NCBI GenBank assembly: GCA_015062385.1
Contig: SUUT01000006.1
Location: 7,587-71,586 of the forward strand
Direction: 5' to 3'
Length of the DNA stretch: 64,000 nt
From: Alphaproteobacteria bacterium
Lineage (GTDB): Bacteria > Pseudomonadota > Alphaproteobacteria > CAAHEQ01 > UBA3637
This document shows, in pieces, positions 55,311 through 64,000 of this stretch; positions within the stretch are counted from its first letter, which is position 1, and every line of letters begins with the position of its first letter. The position numbers and the translations under genes were made by a program. The notes beneath the pieces were generated by a model, which worked only from the letters and a program-made list of their open reading frames with translations, was not told the origin of the DNA and made no database searches.

Positions 55311-56795
55311 TTAATAAATTACTTTAACCTGATAGGTTAAAACAGTTTCTCCTTCGGCGGGAACGGCAATTTTCCATTGATAATTGCCGGCATTTTCCTG
55401 TGTATAGTTGTGACTTGTTTTTAAAATAGAACTTTGTGCCGGATAGGTTTCTTTTAAGACGACTTCTTTTGCATTTTTGGCACCATTTTTAAATGTTATT
55501 TCATATGTTGCCGTATAATCCCTTTTGCCGATACGTTGATATTCCGTTTGTTTGGCGTTGGCATAGACATCAAAAGCATCTCCCATTTGCATTTTTACCG
55601 TTGCCGTGTTAGGCGTATGCGTTATTCTATTTTCTCCGACAAACAAAGGCTTGCCGTCTGCTGTGTTTTTATAAAACCGAATAACACCGGCGGGTAGAGC
55701 AATGCCCAGTTGATTATCTTTTGTATTGTTGAATTGATAATGAATGGTTGCTTTTGCATTTTCAATCGGTGTTTCAGAAGGACGCAGATAATTGAAAACG
55801 TATGTTTTTTGAATGCCGATATCATTGCCCGTTAATAAAGAAACTTGTTTTGTTTGGCGGGCATTGACCGTTGTTTTTGTGGGTAGTGTATATACGTAAA
55901 AATCGGCAACATCTTCTACCGTTGGCATCGCTCCGGCACTTTCTATTGTGTCCATAGCCATGGCATTCATTGCTTTATACCGTCGAACAGTTTGAATGCG
56001 TGGAGCTGTTTTAACATCACCTGCAACTAACTGTAAATCGGCATTTTTAAATGTTGAATTTGTTTGGTTGCTTAATGTAATATATCCGTTTAAATTCATT
56101 TTATCTTCATTCTCATTGAGTAATGCAACGTAGTTAGCTTGCCAAGAAAGTCCGTTTGTTAAATAATTTAAGTGTAATTTTTGTTCTTCAGTTTTACCGG
56201 CATTTATTCGTAAATTAAGAGACGGACGGGAAATTAACCCATGTGGCATATCATTTAACAAAACGGTACCAACTGGATTAATAACGATTTGATTGTTAAT
56301 TTCTAAAATGGCACCACTGTTGCCGGCATTTGTTGATGCGTTTTCATTCAATGCGGATAAAACAGCGGTGGGATTATCGGCATTAATTGTATTTGTTCCT
56401 GTAAAGGCAAGCAATTTGGCCGGTGTTTGAATTTTTTCACCGGAATCGGTTGTTGTTTGTAAGATGACATTTTGTCCGATTGATTTTTCCAATAATGAAG
56501 ACCGTGTAATTAAATCATAGTTAAAGTTTTGCTCTAATGTTGTAATGTTCGTTCCTTTTAACAAAGCACTTTCCGGAATAAGTTGGGCAGATATTTCTTC
56601 AAAGGAAATATCATTTATTCCTTGTGTCAAAGAAACGGTGCGTACATCATCAACCAGGGCAGTGTTTTGATTGTAAATGGCAATGTTTAAATTCGTTTGT
56701 TGAGATAACGGAATAATGGTTTGTGCTATTGCCGGAATACTTAATGCTGATAAAAGTAAAGCCTGAGTCACAGATAAAATCGTTTGTTTTTTCAT
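55311..56795 (-). CDS. DUF4139-type exported protein
   Basis: It has a signal peptide. The LNYLTNGLSWQANYVALLNENEDKMNLNGYITLSNQTNSTFKNADLQLVAGDV pattern is typical of DUF4139 (MuiA-like) proteins. Confidence 0.65.
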   Translation of the reverse strand: MKKQTILSVTQALLLSALSIPAIAQTIIPLSQQTNLNIAIYNQNTALVDDVRTVSLTQGINDISFEEISAQLIPESALLKGTNITTLEQNFNYDLITRSSLLEKSIGQNVILQTTTDSGEKIQTPAKLLAFTGTNTINADNPTAVLSALNENASTNAGNSGAILEINNQIVINPVGTVLLNDMPHGLISRPSLNLRINAGKTEEQKLHLNYLTNGLSWQANYVALLNENEDKMNLNGYITLSNQTNSTFKNADLQLVAGDVKTAPRIQTVRRYKAMNAMAMDTIESAGAMPTVEDVADFYVYTLPTKTTVNARQTKQVSLLTGNDIGIQKTYVFNYLRPSETPIENAKATIHYQFNNTKDNQLGIALPAGVIRFYKNTADGKPLFVGENRITHTPNTATVKMQMGDAFDVYANAKQTEYQRIGKRDYTATYEITFKNGAKNAKEVVLKETYPAQSSILKTSHNYTQENAGNYQWKIAVPAEGETVLTYQVKVIY

Positions 56796-56829
56796 TTGTT
56801 GTCTCCCTTTTTTTGTTTTATTCTTTCGT

Positions 56830-58545
56830 TTAATCCTGTTTATTTAAAGATGGACAGTGTTGACCTGCGTTTTTCCTCCATTGTTCGGAAAAGTTTAAAA
56901 CACGAGCGTACGAATAATTTTTTAAATATAAATTATAAACGGATTGTTCCGATAAACCATAAAAAATTGTATCATTGAGTAATTTTTGACGGAAACGAAC
57001 TGTTTCCCTTAAAATTTCTCGTCGTCCGATGTATCGGAAAAATAAGATTGTTAGAATAATCGTTGTTGAGATAATCAAGATGTATTGAGTAATGGTTAAA
57101 TCAATGTCATGTTGTTGAATAAAACAAAAACAGCCGATTAACAGTAAAATATCCGTTATCCAGTATTCGCCGGATAATCGTAAATATCGCATAAGCGAAA
57201 AAATATATTTAAATCCGAAACGGTTATAAAAACGGGTTTTGTATAATTTGCATTCTAATGGCTTTTTTTGTTTAAATTGACTGGAAAATCCATCCAAATC
57301 TGTCAAAAGAGCAGTGTTTGGCACAACACGATATAAACGGTCCAATGTTAATGGATGATATTTATATATAAAACGTTGTGTGTTTTTTGTGTGTTTTCGG
57401 ATGAGTAAAATATATCCTGCGGATAACAGTAAAAAGATAAGAACAGAACTGATTGAAAACAAAATACCAAACAAGGGGAGATGATTTTTCAATATATCTT
57501 CAAATTGTGTTTGATGAAATGCAGCCGGATGAAAAGACGCATAAATTGACGCGGATGCATAGGCGGGTAATAAATTATTTAAAATAAAGAGTGAATTGCC
57601 TTGTTTATCCGTTGTTATTTGGGTTGAATCCTGAATGGAGAGTTTATTTTGTCCGAATAAAATGTCTTTTTCAAACAGAACTGTTTGTTTGGGAAATGTT
57701 AAATAGGCAACAAAGCGATTAATCGGTAAATTCCAGCGACCGCCGGTCATGTCATGCATAATGTAACCTTTTCCGTCTTTTACTAAGACACTTCCTTTTG
57801 TTAAATAACGTAAGTAAATAGTGTGAAATCCAGCAGGCAGGTAATCTTTATTCGTCAGAATAATTTCTTTACTGTTTTGGCGGGAAATAATCGGTTGAAT
57901 TGTTTTGCCGTCAACCTTGACTTCCAATAATTCAAACGGATGAGCTATTTTTGAAGTGTTTATCGGTTTGTTTAACAATATAGAACGGACAAATGGTACA
58001 TTTTTTGTTTCAATAAAATAAATATGTTCTTCAATTAATAGTGTTTCTCTATCTAAAACACGAATAATGCTCACAAAATCGGTTGTGTGTGGAATAAATT
58101 GACTTGTTTGTGTATTGCCAAAGGGTGTTTTATATGTAATTTCTTTAAATAACGGCGTGTTTGCAATTCTGAAATTCGGTTTTTGAGGGGATAAATTGGC
58201 AATTTGACCGCCATTTGGTAATAATTCCGTTTTAGTAATTTGTGTTGTGCCAAATAGACGTTTTTTTTCTTCATCCATCCAGCCAGAGGCTTTTTCTTCC
58301 TCGGGGGCTCCAATTGTTTTGCCGATATAGACAAATGGGGAACCGAAATGGGCTTGTTGTTTTTTACCTCTGTTTTTTATATCCAATAAAGAAGCACTTG
58401 GCATTTGTTTTGCTTGTTGCAAAGCCTGACTGACTCCTTTTATTGGATACATTTTATTTTGTTGAGCAATGGACATCCCGCTATAAAAAAACAAGCAAAT
58501 AAACAAAGTTAAAGACAGAAAGCGGATAAAATTTAAAATAAACAT
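56830..58545 (-). CDS. DUF2207-like membrane protein
   Basis: It has a signal peptide, a beta-rich ectodomain (GFHTIYLRYLTKGSV ... MTGGRWNLPINRFVAYLTFP) and then several C-terminal TM helices. Confidence 0.5.
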   Translation of the reverse strand: MFILNFIRFLSLTLFICLFFYSGMSIAQQNKMYPIKGVSQALQQAKQMPSASLLDIKNRGKKQQAHFGSPFVYIGKTIGAPEEEKASGWMDEEKKRLFGTTQITKTELLPNGGQIANLSPQKPNFRIANTPLFKEITYKTPFGNTQTSQFIPHTTDFVSIIRVLDRETLLIEEHIYFIETKNVPFVRSILLNKPINTSKIAHPFELLEVKVDGKTIQPIISRQNSKEIILTNKDYLPAGFHTIYLRYLTKGSVLVKDGKGYIMHDMTGGRWNLPINRFVAYLTFPKQTVLFEKDILFGQNKLSIQDSTQITTDKQGNSLFILNNLLPAYASASIYASFHPAAFHQTQFEDILKNHLPLFGILFSISSVLIFLLLSAGYILLIRKHTKNTQRFIYKYHPLTLDRLYRVVPNTALLTDLDGFSSQFKQKKPLECKLYKTRFYNRFGFKYIFSLMRYLRLSGEYWITDILLLIGCFCFIQQHDIDLTITQYILIISTTIILTILFFRYIGRREILRETVRFRQKLLNDTIFYGLSEQSVYNLYLKNYSYARVLNFSEQWRKNAGQHCPSLNKQD

Positions 58546-58547
58546 AT

Positions 58548-59321
58548 TTATTCTCCTTTTTTCGTCTTTATTGGTGCGTTTTTTTTAACTTTTTTTGTTT
58601 CTTTTGGTACTGTTTTTTTGATACGCTTTTCGATGTTGTTTGATGTGTTGTTTTTTTCCATTGATGTACAAACATCATATATCGGGCATTTGTGACAATA
58701 TGGTTTGCGAGCTGTACAGGTATAACGACCATGTAAAACCAAGGCCAATCCAACATCTGCCTTATAAGAATCAGGAACTAGCTTGTTTAATTTGTGTTCA
58801 ATTTCCTGTGGGGTTTTTCCGGTACAGATATTCAGCCGATGACATAACCGAAAAACATGTGTATCAACCCCGATAGAGGGGGCATGTAATAAAATGTTTA
58901 AAAATACGTTTGCCGTTTTACGACCAACTCCAGGTAAAGTAATTAATGTATCAAAATCTGTCGGTACTTGCCCGTTATATTGATTAAGCAAAACATTGGC
59001 TAATTGAACAATTGATTTTGTCTTATTGTTAAAGTAATTGATTGATTTTGTATATTGTTTAAGGTTTTCTTCGCCTAATTCGAGTATTTTTTGAGGCGTG
59101 TCAGCCACGGGAAACAGTTTTTCTGTCACTTTGTTTACGCCTTTGTCTGTGCTTTGTGCCGATAAAATAATGGCGACCAATAAGGAGTACGGATTTGTCC
59201 AATTCAGTTCACAACGGGGATTGGGATATGCTTTATCCAATGCTTTAAAAAATGTTTCCCTTTGTGTTTTATTCATTAAAGGCATATGAGCTCCTGTTTT
59301 TTTATTTGTCACGTACGGCAA
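58548..59321 (-). CDS. nth: endonuclease III with Lys-rich C-terminal tail
   Basis: It has the HhH-GPD motif LPGVGRKTANV and the 4Fe-4S cluster loop CTARKPYCHKCPIYDVC. The tail is KRIKKTVPKETKKVKKNAPIKTKKGE. Confidence 0.9.
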   Translation of the reverse strand: MPYVTNKKTGAHMPLMNKTQRETFFKALDKAYPNPRCELNWTNPYSLLVAIILSAQSTDKGVNKVTEKLFPVADTPQKILELGEENLKQYTKSINYFNNKTKSIVQLANVLLNQYNGQVPTDFDTLITLPGVGRKTANVFLNILLHAPSIGVDTHVFRLCHRLNICTGKTPQEIEHKLNKLVPDSYKADVGLALVLHGRYTCTARKPYCHKCPIYDVCTSMEKNNTSNNIEKRIKKTVPKETKKVKKNAPIKTKKGE

Positions 59322-60495
59322 TATATTCGGTTAATGATTTTAGCAATGCGGCCCGTTCTCCGAATATTTCCAGTTTTTCCAAAGCCTGTTTACATATTTC
59401 TTGAACACGTTCAACCGTTTTTTCTGTTCCGTATAAACTGACAAAAGTTGATTTGTTTGCTTTTGCATCTTTGCGAACGGATTTGCCGATTGTTTGTTCA
59501 TCTCCCCATGCATCTAATAAATCATCTGTCATTTGGAATAAAATACCCAATAAATGGGCGTATTCCACTAATGCAATTTTTTCTTCCATCGGACAATTAC
59601 TGATAAAACACGGAGCAATACAGGAAAAATGAAGCAATTTTCCAGTTTTTAAAGCCTGCATTTGATAAATTTCTTCTTCGGAAAGTTGTTTCGTTTCACC
59701 ATACATATCAATCATTTGTCCGCCAATCATTCCGGAAGCCCCGGCACATTTTGCCAATTCGCAGATAATTCGACATTTTTGTTGTGCTAACATCGGACAG
59801 TTCGGTTCGGATAAAATTTCGAAAGCTTTTGTCAATAATCCGTCACCGGCTAAAATTGCCGTTGCTTCGTCAAAAGCGATATGGCAAGTTGGCTTCCCTC
59901 GTCGTAGGGTATCATTATCCATTGCCGGTAAATCATCATGAATTAATGAATAGGTGTGAACCATTTCAACGGCACAGGCAATTCGGCTTAATGCTTCCGG
60001 CAAGCAATCCAGCATTTGTCCGACTGTCCATACCAAAAACGGACGAAGGGCTTTCCCGTCCGATAATGCACTATAACGCATAGCTTCCCAAACACGATTA
60101 GTCAAATCATTTTGTTCAGGTAGAAAATGGTTTAAATCTTCATTCGTTTGAGTTCGCACAATTTCAAATTTGTTTGTTAATTGGTCCACCCGAGATAAAA
60201 CGGATAACAATTCGGGGGATAAATGAGCAAATGCCGTTGTGCGTGATTTTTTGAGAGATTTTGTTCCGTCTGATGTATCAGCTTGCATAAAATCTTCTGC
60301 CTCATGAGCTTGTGATAAAGCTTTTAAAAAATCAAAAGAAATAATGTTTGCAGGTGTTCCGGTCGAAATGGATAAGCGTGATTTTGGTTCAAAACGAGAA
60401 GCTATTTCATCAAAAGAAATAATGTTTGCCGATTTTTTCGGTTTTTTATTTTGTGTTTGAGAAGAATATGAGTTTTTCTTTGTCATTGTCCGCAA
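59302..60495 (-). CDS. ispA: farnesyl-diphosphate synthase with ~100-aa N-terminal extension
   Basis: It has the first and second Asp-rich motifs LIHDDLPAMDND and FQMTDDLLD. It lies next to xseB, as in many bacteria. Confidence 0.9.
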   Translation of the reverse strand: MRTMTKKNSYSSQTQNKKPKKSANIISFDEIASRFEPKSRLSISTGTPANIISFDFLKALSQAHEAEDFMQADTSDGTKSLKKSRTTAFAHLSPELLSVLSRVDQLTNKFEIVRTQTNEDLNHFLPEQNDLTNRVWEAMRYSALSDGKALRPFLVWTVGQMLDCLPEALSRIACAVEMVHTYSLIHDDLPAMDNDTLRRGKPTCHIAFDEATAILAGDGLLTKAFEILSEPNCPMLAQQKCRIICELAKCAGASGMIGGQMIDMYGETKQLSEEEIYQMQALKTGKLLHFSCIAPCFISNCPMEEKIALVEYAHLLGILFQMTDDLLDAWGDEQTIGKSVRKDAKANKSTFVSLYGTEKTVERVQEICKQALEKLEIFGERAALLKSLTEYIAVRDK

Positions 60496-60510
60496 TAAAT
60501 TGTTTGTTTT

Positions 60511-60768
60511 TTAACCATTAATTTGATTTTCAAAATTTTCCGTACCGATAGGTGTATCATTTTTTAGAATGAGTAAATCGATTTTTGATTTTGCCGATTG
60601 TAATTTTTCGGCACAGTGATTTTTCAACTGAACACCTCGTTCGTATGTTTGAACGGCATCTTCCAGTTTGATATTGCCACTTTCAAGTCTGCGGACAACA
60701 CTTTCCAATTCCGTCATTGCTTCTTCAAATGATAATTCAGCAATCGGTTTTAAATTTTCCGTATTCAT
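60511..60768 (-). CDS. xseB: exodeoxyribonuclease VII small subunit
   Basis: FEEAMTELESVVRRLESGNIKLEDAVQTYERGVQL is the canonical XseB helix pair. Confidence 0.9.
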   Translation of the reverse strand: MNTENLKPIAELSFEEAMTELESVVRRLESGNIKLEDAVQTYERGVQLKNHCAEKLQSAKSKIDLLILKNDTPIGTENFENQING

Positions 60769-60795
60769 TATATTAATCTCCCGTCATATTTATGA

Positions 60796-61338
60796 TTAAT
60801 GACATTTGCAACAGCAACAGGGTTTATCGGTTGTTGTTTCTTTTTTGTCATTCGAACAACATTTTGCAGGGATATCTTCCTTACAATGGGAACAGTGAGA
60901 ATCATTTTCACAGGTACAATTATCGGAACAACGGTGTCCGTCATGACAATGACAATTATTGCCACAGGTACAGTCGCTAGAACAATGACATACATCTTTA
61001 TTTGATTCTTTATCGGAACAATGACATTTTTTAGTTGTACTGTCTGTACGGCAACAATTTGTTTGTTTATGATAGGATTTTTCTTTTACTTCTAATTCTC
61101 GCAAGGCAATTTCATTCATGGTATTCCAAACGGCTTCCCGTGTGTCAAATAATTCCCGCATAGCTTCAACATTTCGCTCCGTTAGTTCGGCAGCATCCAA
61201 TAAGGACATAATTTCTTCTTGTAAATCAAAAGCTTTTTCGGAAACGATCCGCATTTCTTCCAATAAAATCTTTTTATTATGGGCTGTTTCGTTTAATTTG
61301 TTTAATTGATATAATTTTTCTTCGATAATTTGTTGCAT
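60796..61338 (-). CDS. coiled-coil protein with Cys/His-rich metallothionein-like tail
   Basis: The start is taken at MQQIIEE, behind aaggag. The last ~88 aa contain about 22 Cys and 9 His in C-x-C / CC / CCCC clusters (CHCSSDCTCGNNCHCHDGHRCSDNCTCENDSHCSHC...PCCCCKCH). Confidence 0.6.
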   Translation of the reverse strand: MQQIIEEKLYQLNKLNETAHNKKILLEEMRIVSEKAFDLQEEIMSLLDAAELTERNVEAMRELFDTREAVWNTMNEIALRELEVKEKSYHKQTNCCRTDSTTKKCHCSDKESNKDVCHCSSDCTCGNNCHCHDGHRCSDNCTCENDSHCSHCKEDIPAKCCSNDKKETTTDKPCCCCKCH

Positions 61339-61508
61339 GGTTTTCTCCTTTTTTTGTATTTTACTCAATCGATAATATAATTACAAGTTTTTTATTGCGA
61401 AAGCATCAAAAAAATTGACTTTTGTCATGCAACATTTTAATATACCGATAAAAATAATTTGAACAATTTTTAAAATATTTCGTTTTAACTGTTTGAAGGA
61501 GCTTAAAA

Positions 61509-62870
61509 ATGATGATAAAAACAATTTTAAAAACCGGTTGTGCTGTTGCCTTGTTAATATCGGCAATTCCTGCTGTTGCCTTAGATCCATTTTCGGTTTA
61601 TCGGGCAAATGCTCCTAAGGATTGTATCGATAAAGATATCGGAACGGGTCAGTTAGGTTTATCCGAGTTGCTGGAAATCGGCTTGTGTAATAATCCGGCA
61701 CTTAATCGGGATTATATGGGGGTTAAATCTTCAGAGGCTTCTTTGGGAAAATCTAAATCGGAATATTTACCGAATATTGATGTAAGCGGTTCTTTTTCCG
61801 ATACCGTTTCAAAAAAAGAATCCCTAGATTCACATCAGAGTAATCCATATAGTGCAAATGTTGCTTTATCATGGTTGTTATATGATTTTGGCGGAAGAAG
61901 TGCTCGTATCGAACGGGAAAAAGAATATTTAAATCAAACGCTTTTTTCATACAAATCAACAGTTCATAATACGATTTTAGCCATTCAAAATGCTTATTTG
62001 GATTTATTGGGAAGCGAAGAAGTTTTAAAGAGTGCCAAAACCAGTGAAGCCAGTTATAAAAAATCATATGAAGAATCAGCACGCAGATATGAGTTGGGAT
62101 TGGTTTCTTTAAGTGATAAATTGCAGGCAAAAACAAGTTATGAACAATCAAAACTGGATGTTGTTACGGCACAAAACACCGTTAAGCAAAATCAGGGTAA
62201 TTTAGCTGTTTTGCTGAATATTTCGCCGGATGCAACTTTTAATTTGAAGCATCCGCCCAAGGATAAAACGAAGAATTTTGCAAAATTGGAATCCGGTGAT
62301 TTGTCAGTTCAGAAATTAATGGATATGGCTTTGGACTTACGACCCGAAATTAAAAGTGCACAAAGTGCTGTTCGGGCATCAAAAGAAGGTATCGGTGTTG
62401 CCAAATCAAAATTGTATCCGTCTTTTTCGGCAACAGGACGTTTGTCGGTTGGAGATGACTGGAAATACGATAATCCGTATGAAACCGGATCATCGGTGGG
62501 TTTAAATGTATCTGTTCCCTTGTTTACAGGGTTTTCAAATACCTATAATATAGCACAGGCAAAGTATCAATATAAACAGGCTGAATATTCTTTGGCGGAT
62601 ACAAAGGAAAGTGTTAAAAATGAAGTATGGAGTGCTTATCAAAATTATAAAACAGCAGTTACTGCCCATGAAATCAGTGAAAAAGTCTTGGAAAGTGCCG
62701 TTGAAGCTGAACGGGTAGCATTTGCCATGTATCAAGTTGGCAAAGGGGATATTTTAACATTATTAACAGCCGGTTCAAATTTGGCATCAGCCCGAAAAGA
62801 GGTTATTGTCGCTTACTATGCCGTTTTAAAGAGTAAAGCCAATTTATATCGGGCAGTTGGGCAGTTTTAA
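61509..62870 (+). CDS. TolC-family outer membrane efflux protein
   Basis: It has a signal peptide and two OEP-type repeats (LSELLEIGLCNNPAL..., LMDMALDLRPEIKSAQ...). It lies upstream of an adaptor gene. Confidence 0.85.
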   Translation: MMIKTILKTGCAVALLISAIPAVALDPFSVYRANAPKDCIDKDIGTGQLGLSELLEIGLCNNPALNRDYMGVKSSEASLGKSKSEYLPNIDVSGSFSDTVSKKESLDSHQSNPYSANVALSWLLYDFGGRSARIEREKEYLNQTLFSYKSTVHNTILAIQNAYLDLLGSEEVLKSAKTSEASYKKSYEESARRYELGLVSLSDKLQAKTSYEQSKLDVVTAQNTVKQNQGNLAVLLNISPDATFNLKHPPKDKTKNFAKLESGDLSVQKLMDMALDLRPEIKSAQSAVRASKEGIGVAKSKLYPSFSATGRLSVGDDWKYDNPYETGSSVGLNVSVPLFTGFSNTYNIAQAKYQYKQAEYSLADTKESVKNEVWSAYQNYKTAVTAHEISEKVLESAVEAERVAFAMYQVGKGDILTLLTAGSNLASARKEVIVAYYAVLKSKANLYRAVGQF

Positions 62871-62914
62871 CGAATAAAACGGATAATTTTAGTTAAGAGA
62901 AAAAAGGAAAGAAG

Positions 62915-64000
62915 ATGATAGCAAAATTAAAAACGATTTTAAAAAACATTTGGCAGTATAAATGGATACGGCGGGGATTGATTTTGTTGATTGTTTGTGT
63001 TTTGGTTTTTCCTTTTTTGGGTAGAAAGGGAGGTGTTGACGAGAAAAATTTTGAGCAAACCGTTTTGGAAAAAGGAACTATTGTTGAACGTGTGACGGCA
63101 ACCGGTAAAATTCAACCGATTAATACGGTAAGTGTCGGTACACAGATTTCCGGTATTGTGGAACAGGTGTTGGTTGATTATAATGACGAAGTATCCCATG
63201 GGCAACTGCTTGCCCGACTGGATACGGCGTTGTTAACGGAAAATAAAAATGATGCCGAAGCTCGTTTGACACTTGCTAATGCTAAAAAGAAAGTAGCCCA
63301 ACTCAATTACGATCGATATAAAAAATTATATCAAGATAAATTAATTGCGAAAGCAACGTTTGAAGAAGCCGAAGTTGAATTAGCCTCAGCCGATGCGGAG
63401 GTCTTATCGGCAACGGCGGAGGTAAATAAAGCCAATCGTAATTACGGATATGCACAAATTACATCCCCTGTTTCGGGAACAGTTATTTCCAAAGAAGTGG
63501 AGCAGGGACAAACCGTTGCTGCCAGTTATCAGACACCGACGCTGTTTTTAATTGCCGAAGATTTATCAAAAATGCAAATTGAAGCCAATGTTGCCGAGGC
63601 AGATATCGGTTCCATAAAGGCTAATATGTCGGCAACATTTACGGTTGATGCGTATCCGAATGATACATTTAAGGGGGAAGTTAAACAGATTCGTTTATCG
63701 CCGACAGAAGATTCAAATGTTGTTATGTATACAGTTGTGATTGATGTGGATAATTCTTCTCGTAAATTATTACCGGGGATGACTGCCTTTGTAAACATTG
63801 ATGTGCGAACGGCAAAAGATGTTGTTCGTTTGCCGACAGGTGCTTTACAATTTAAACCGAATGCCCAACTAAAACAATTGGTTGAAAAACGAAAAATAGA
63901 ATTAAAGCCTAATGAAGGTATGGTTTATCAGTTTAAAAACGGTAAATTGATACCGATTGTGTTTGAGCGGGGTATTTCTAATGCTTCTTATATGGAAGTG
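62915..64000 (+). CDS. HlyD/MacA-type periplasmic adaptor subunit (3' end outside window)
   Basis: The ATG at 62915 lies behind aaggaaagaag and the frame stays open to base 64000. It has an N-terminal TM helix, a lipoyl-like TVSVGTQISGIVEQVLVDYNDEVSHGQLLARLD, a coiled-coil hairpin and a beta-barrel (GEVKQIRLSP). Confidence 0.85.
   Translation, partial: MIAKLKTILKNIWQYKWIRRGLILLIVCVLVFPFLGRKGGVDEKNFEQTVLEKGTIVERVTATGKIQPINTVSVGTQISGIVEQVLVDYNDEVSHGQLLARLDTALLTENKNDAEARLTLANAKKKVAQLNYDRYKKLYQDKLIAKATFEEAEVELASADAEVLSATAEVNKANRNYGYAQITSPVSGTVISKEVEQGQTVAASYQTPTLFLIAEDLSKMQIEANVAEADIGSIKANMSATFTVDAYPNDTFKGEVKQIRLSPTEDSNVVMYTVVIDVDNSSRKLLPGMTAFVNIDVRTAKDVVRLPTGALQFKPNAQLKQLVEKRKIELKPNEGMVYQFKNGKLIPIVFERGISNASYMEV

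Overview
This window is an AT-rich chromosome segment that I read as alphaproteobacterial. The evidence is a GcrA cell-cycle regulator, a Mic60-like/HemY-like gene pair, and a housekeeping backbone (uvrC-pgsA, mreBCD-mrdA-rodA, polA, pyrG, prfC, ispA-xseB, nth, coaE). No rRNA, tRNA, CRISPR array, transposase or integrase was recognised.

Bases 1 to about 14.4 kb are the right end of a podovirus-like prophage or prophage remnant. It carries a portal C-terminus, tail/adaptor-like genes, low-complexity ejection-like proteins, a TM protein/T4-type endolysin/small TM lysis cassette, and a large terminase. It has been invaded by the same hairpin-rich REP/MITE-like repeats found in chromosomal intergenic DNA. 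It also holds:
- a six-copy TATAG-N5-CTATA intergenic motif;
- a frameshifted orphan copy of a tail-associated gene with a different C-terminus;
- a 3x tandem array of 154-aa secreted proteins;
- an intact copy of that gene ending in a serum-amyloid-A-like domain.

A class II Fic gene sits in a 1.56-kb insert bounded by perfect 148-bp direct repeats.

The most unusual content is a family of three very cysteine-rich proteins (709, 1205 and 406 aa). Each has a nearly identical type IV pilin-like (class III) N-terminus fused to eukaryote-style EGF-like or ephrin-receptor-like repeats. A small Sec-secreted relative (122 aa) belongs with them. All four genes are preceded by the same ~155-bp upstream element, which ends in an A7-GGTACC-T7 palindrome. 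Two of these elements, together with adjacent REP units, form ~360-bp inverted repeats bracketing an 8.6-kb segment.

Other items are a structured leader with competing terminator and antiterminator helices ahead of three orphan genes, GcrA with a histone-H1-like tail, and a Cys/His-rich metallothionein-like protein divergent from a TolC/HlyD efflux locus.

All family calls come from motif recognition by eye. No searches were run.
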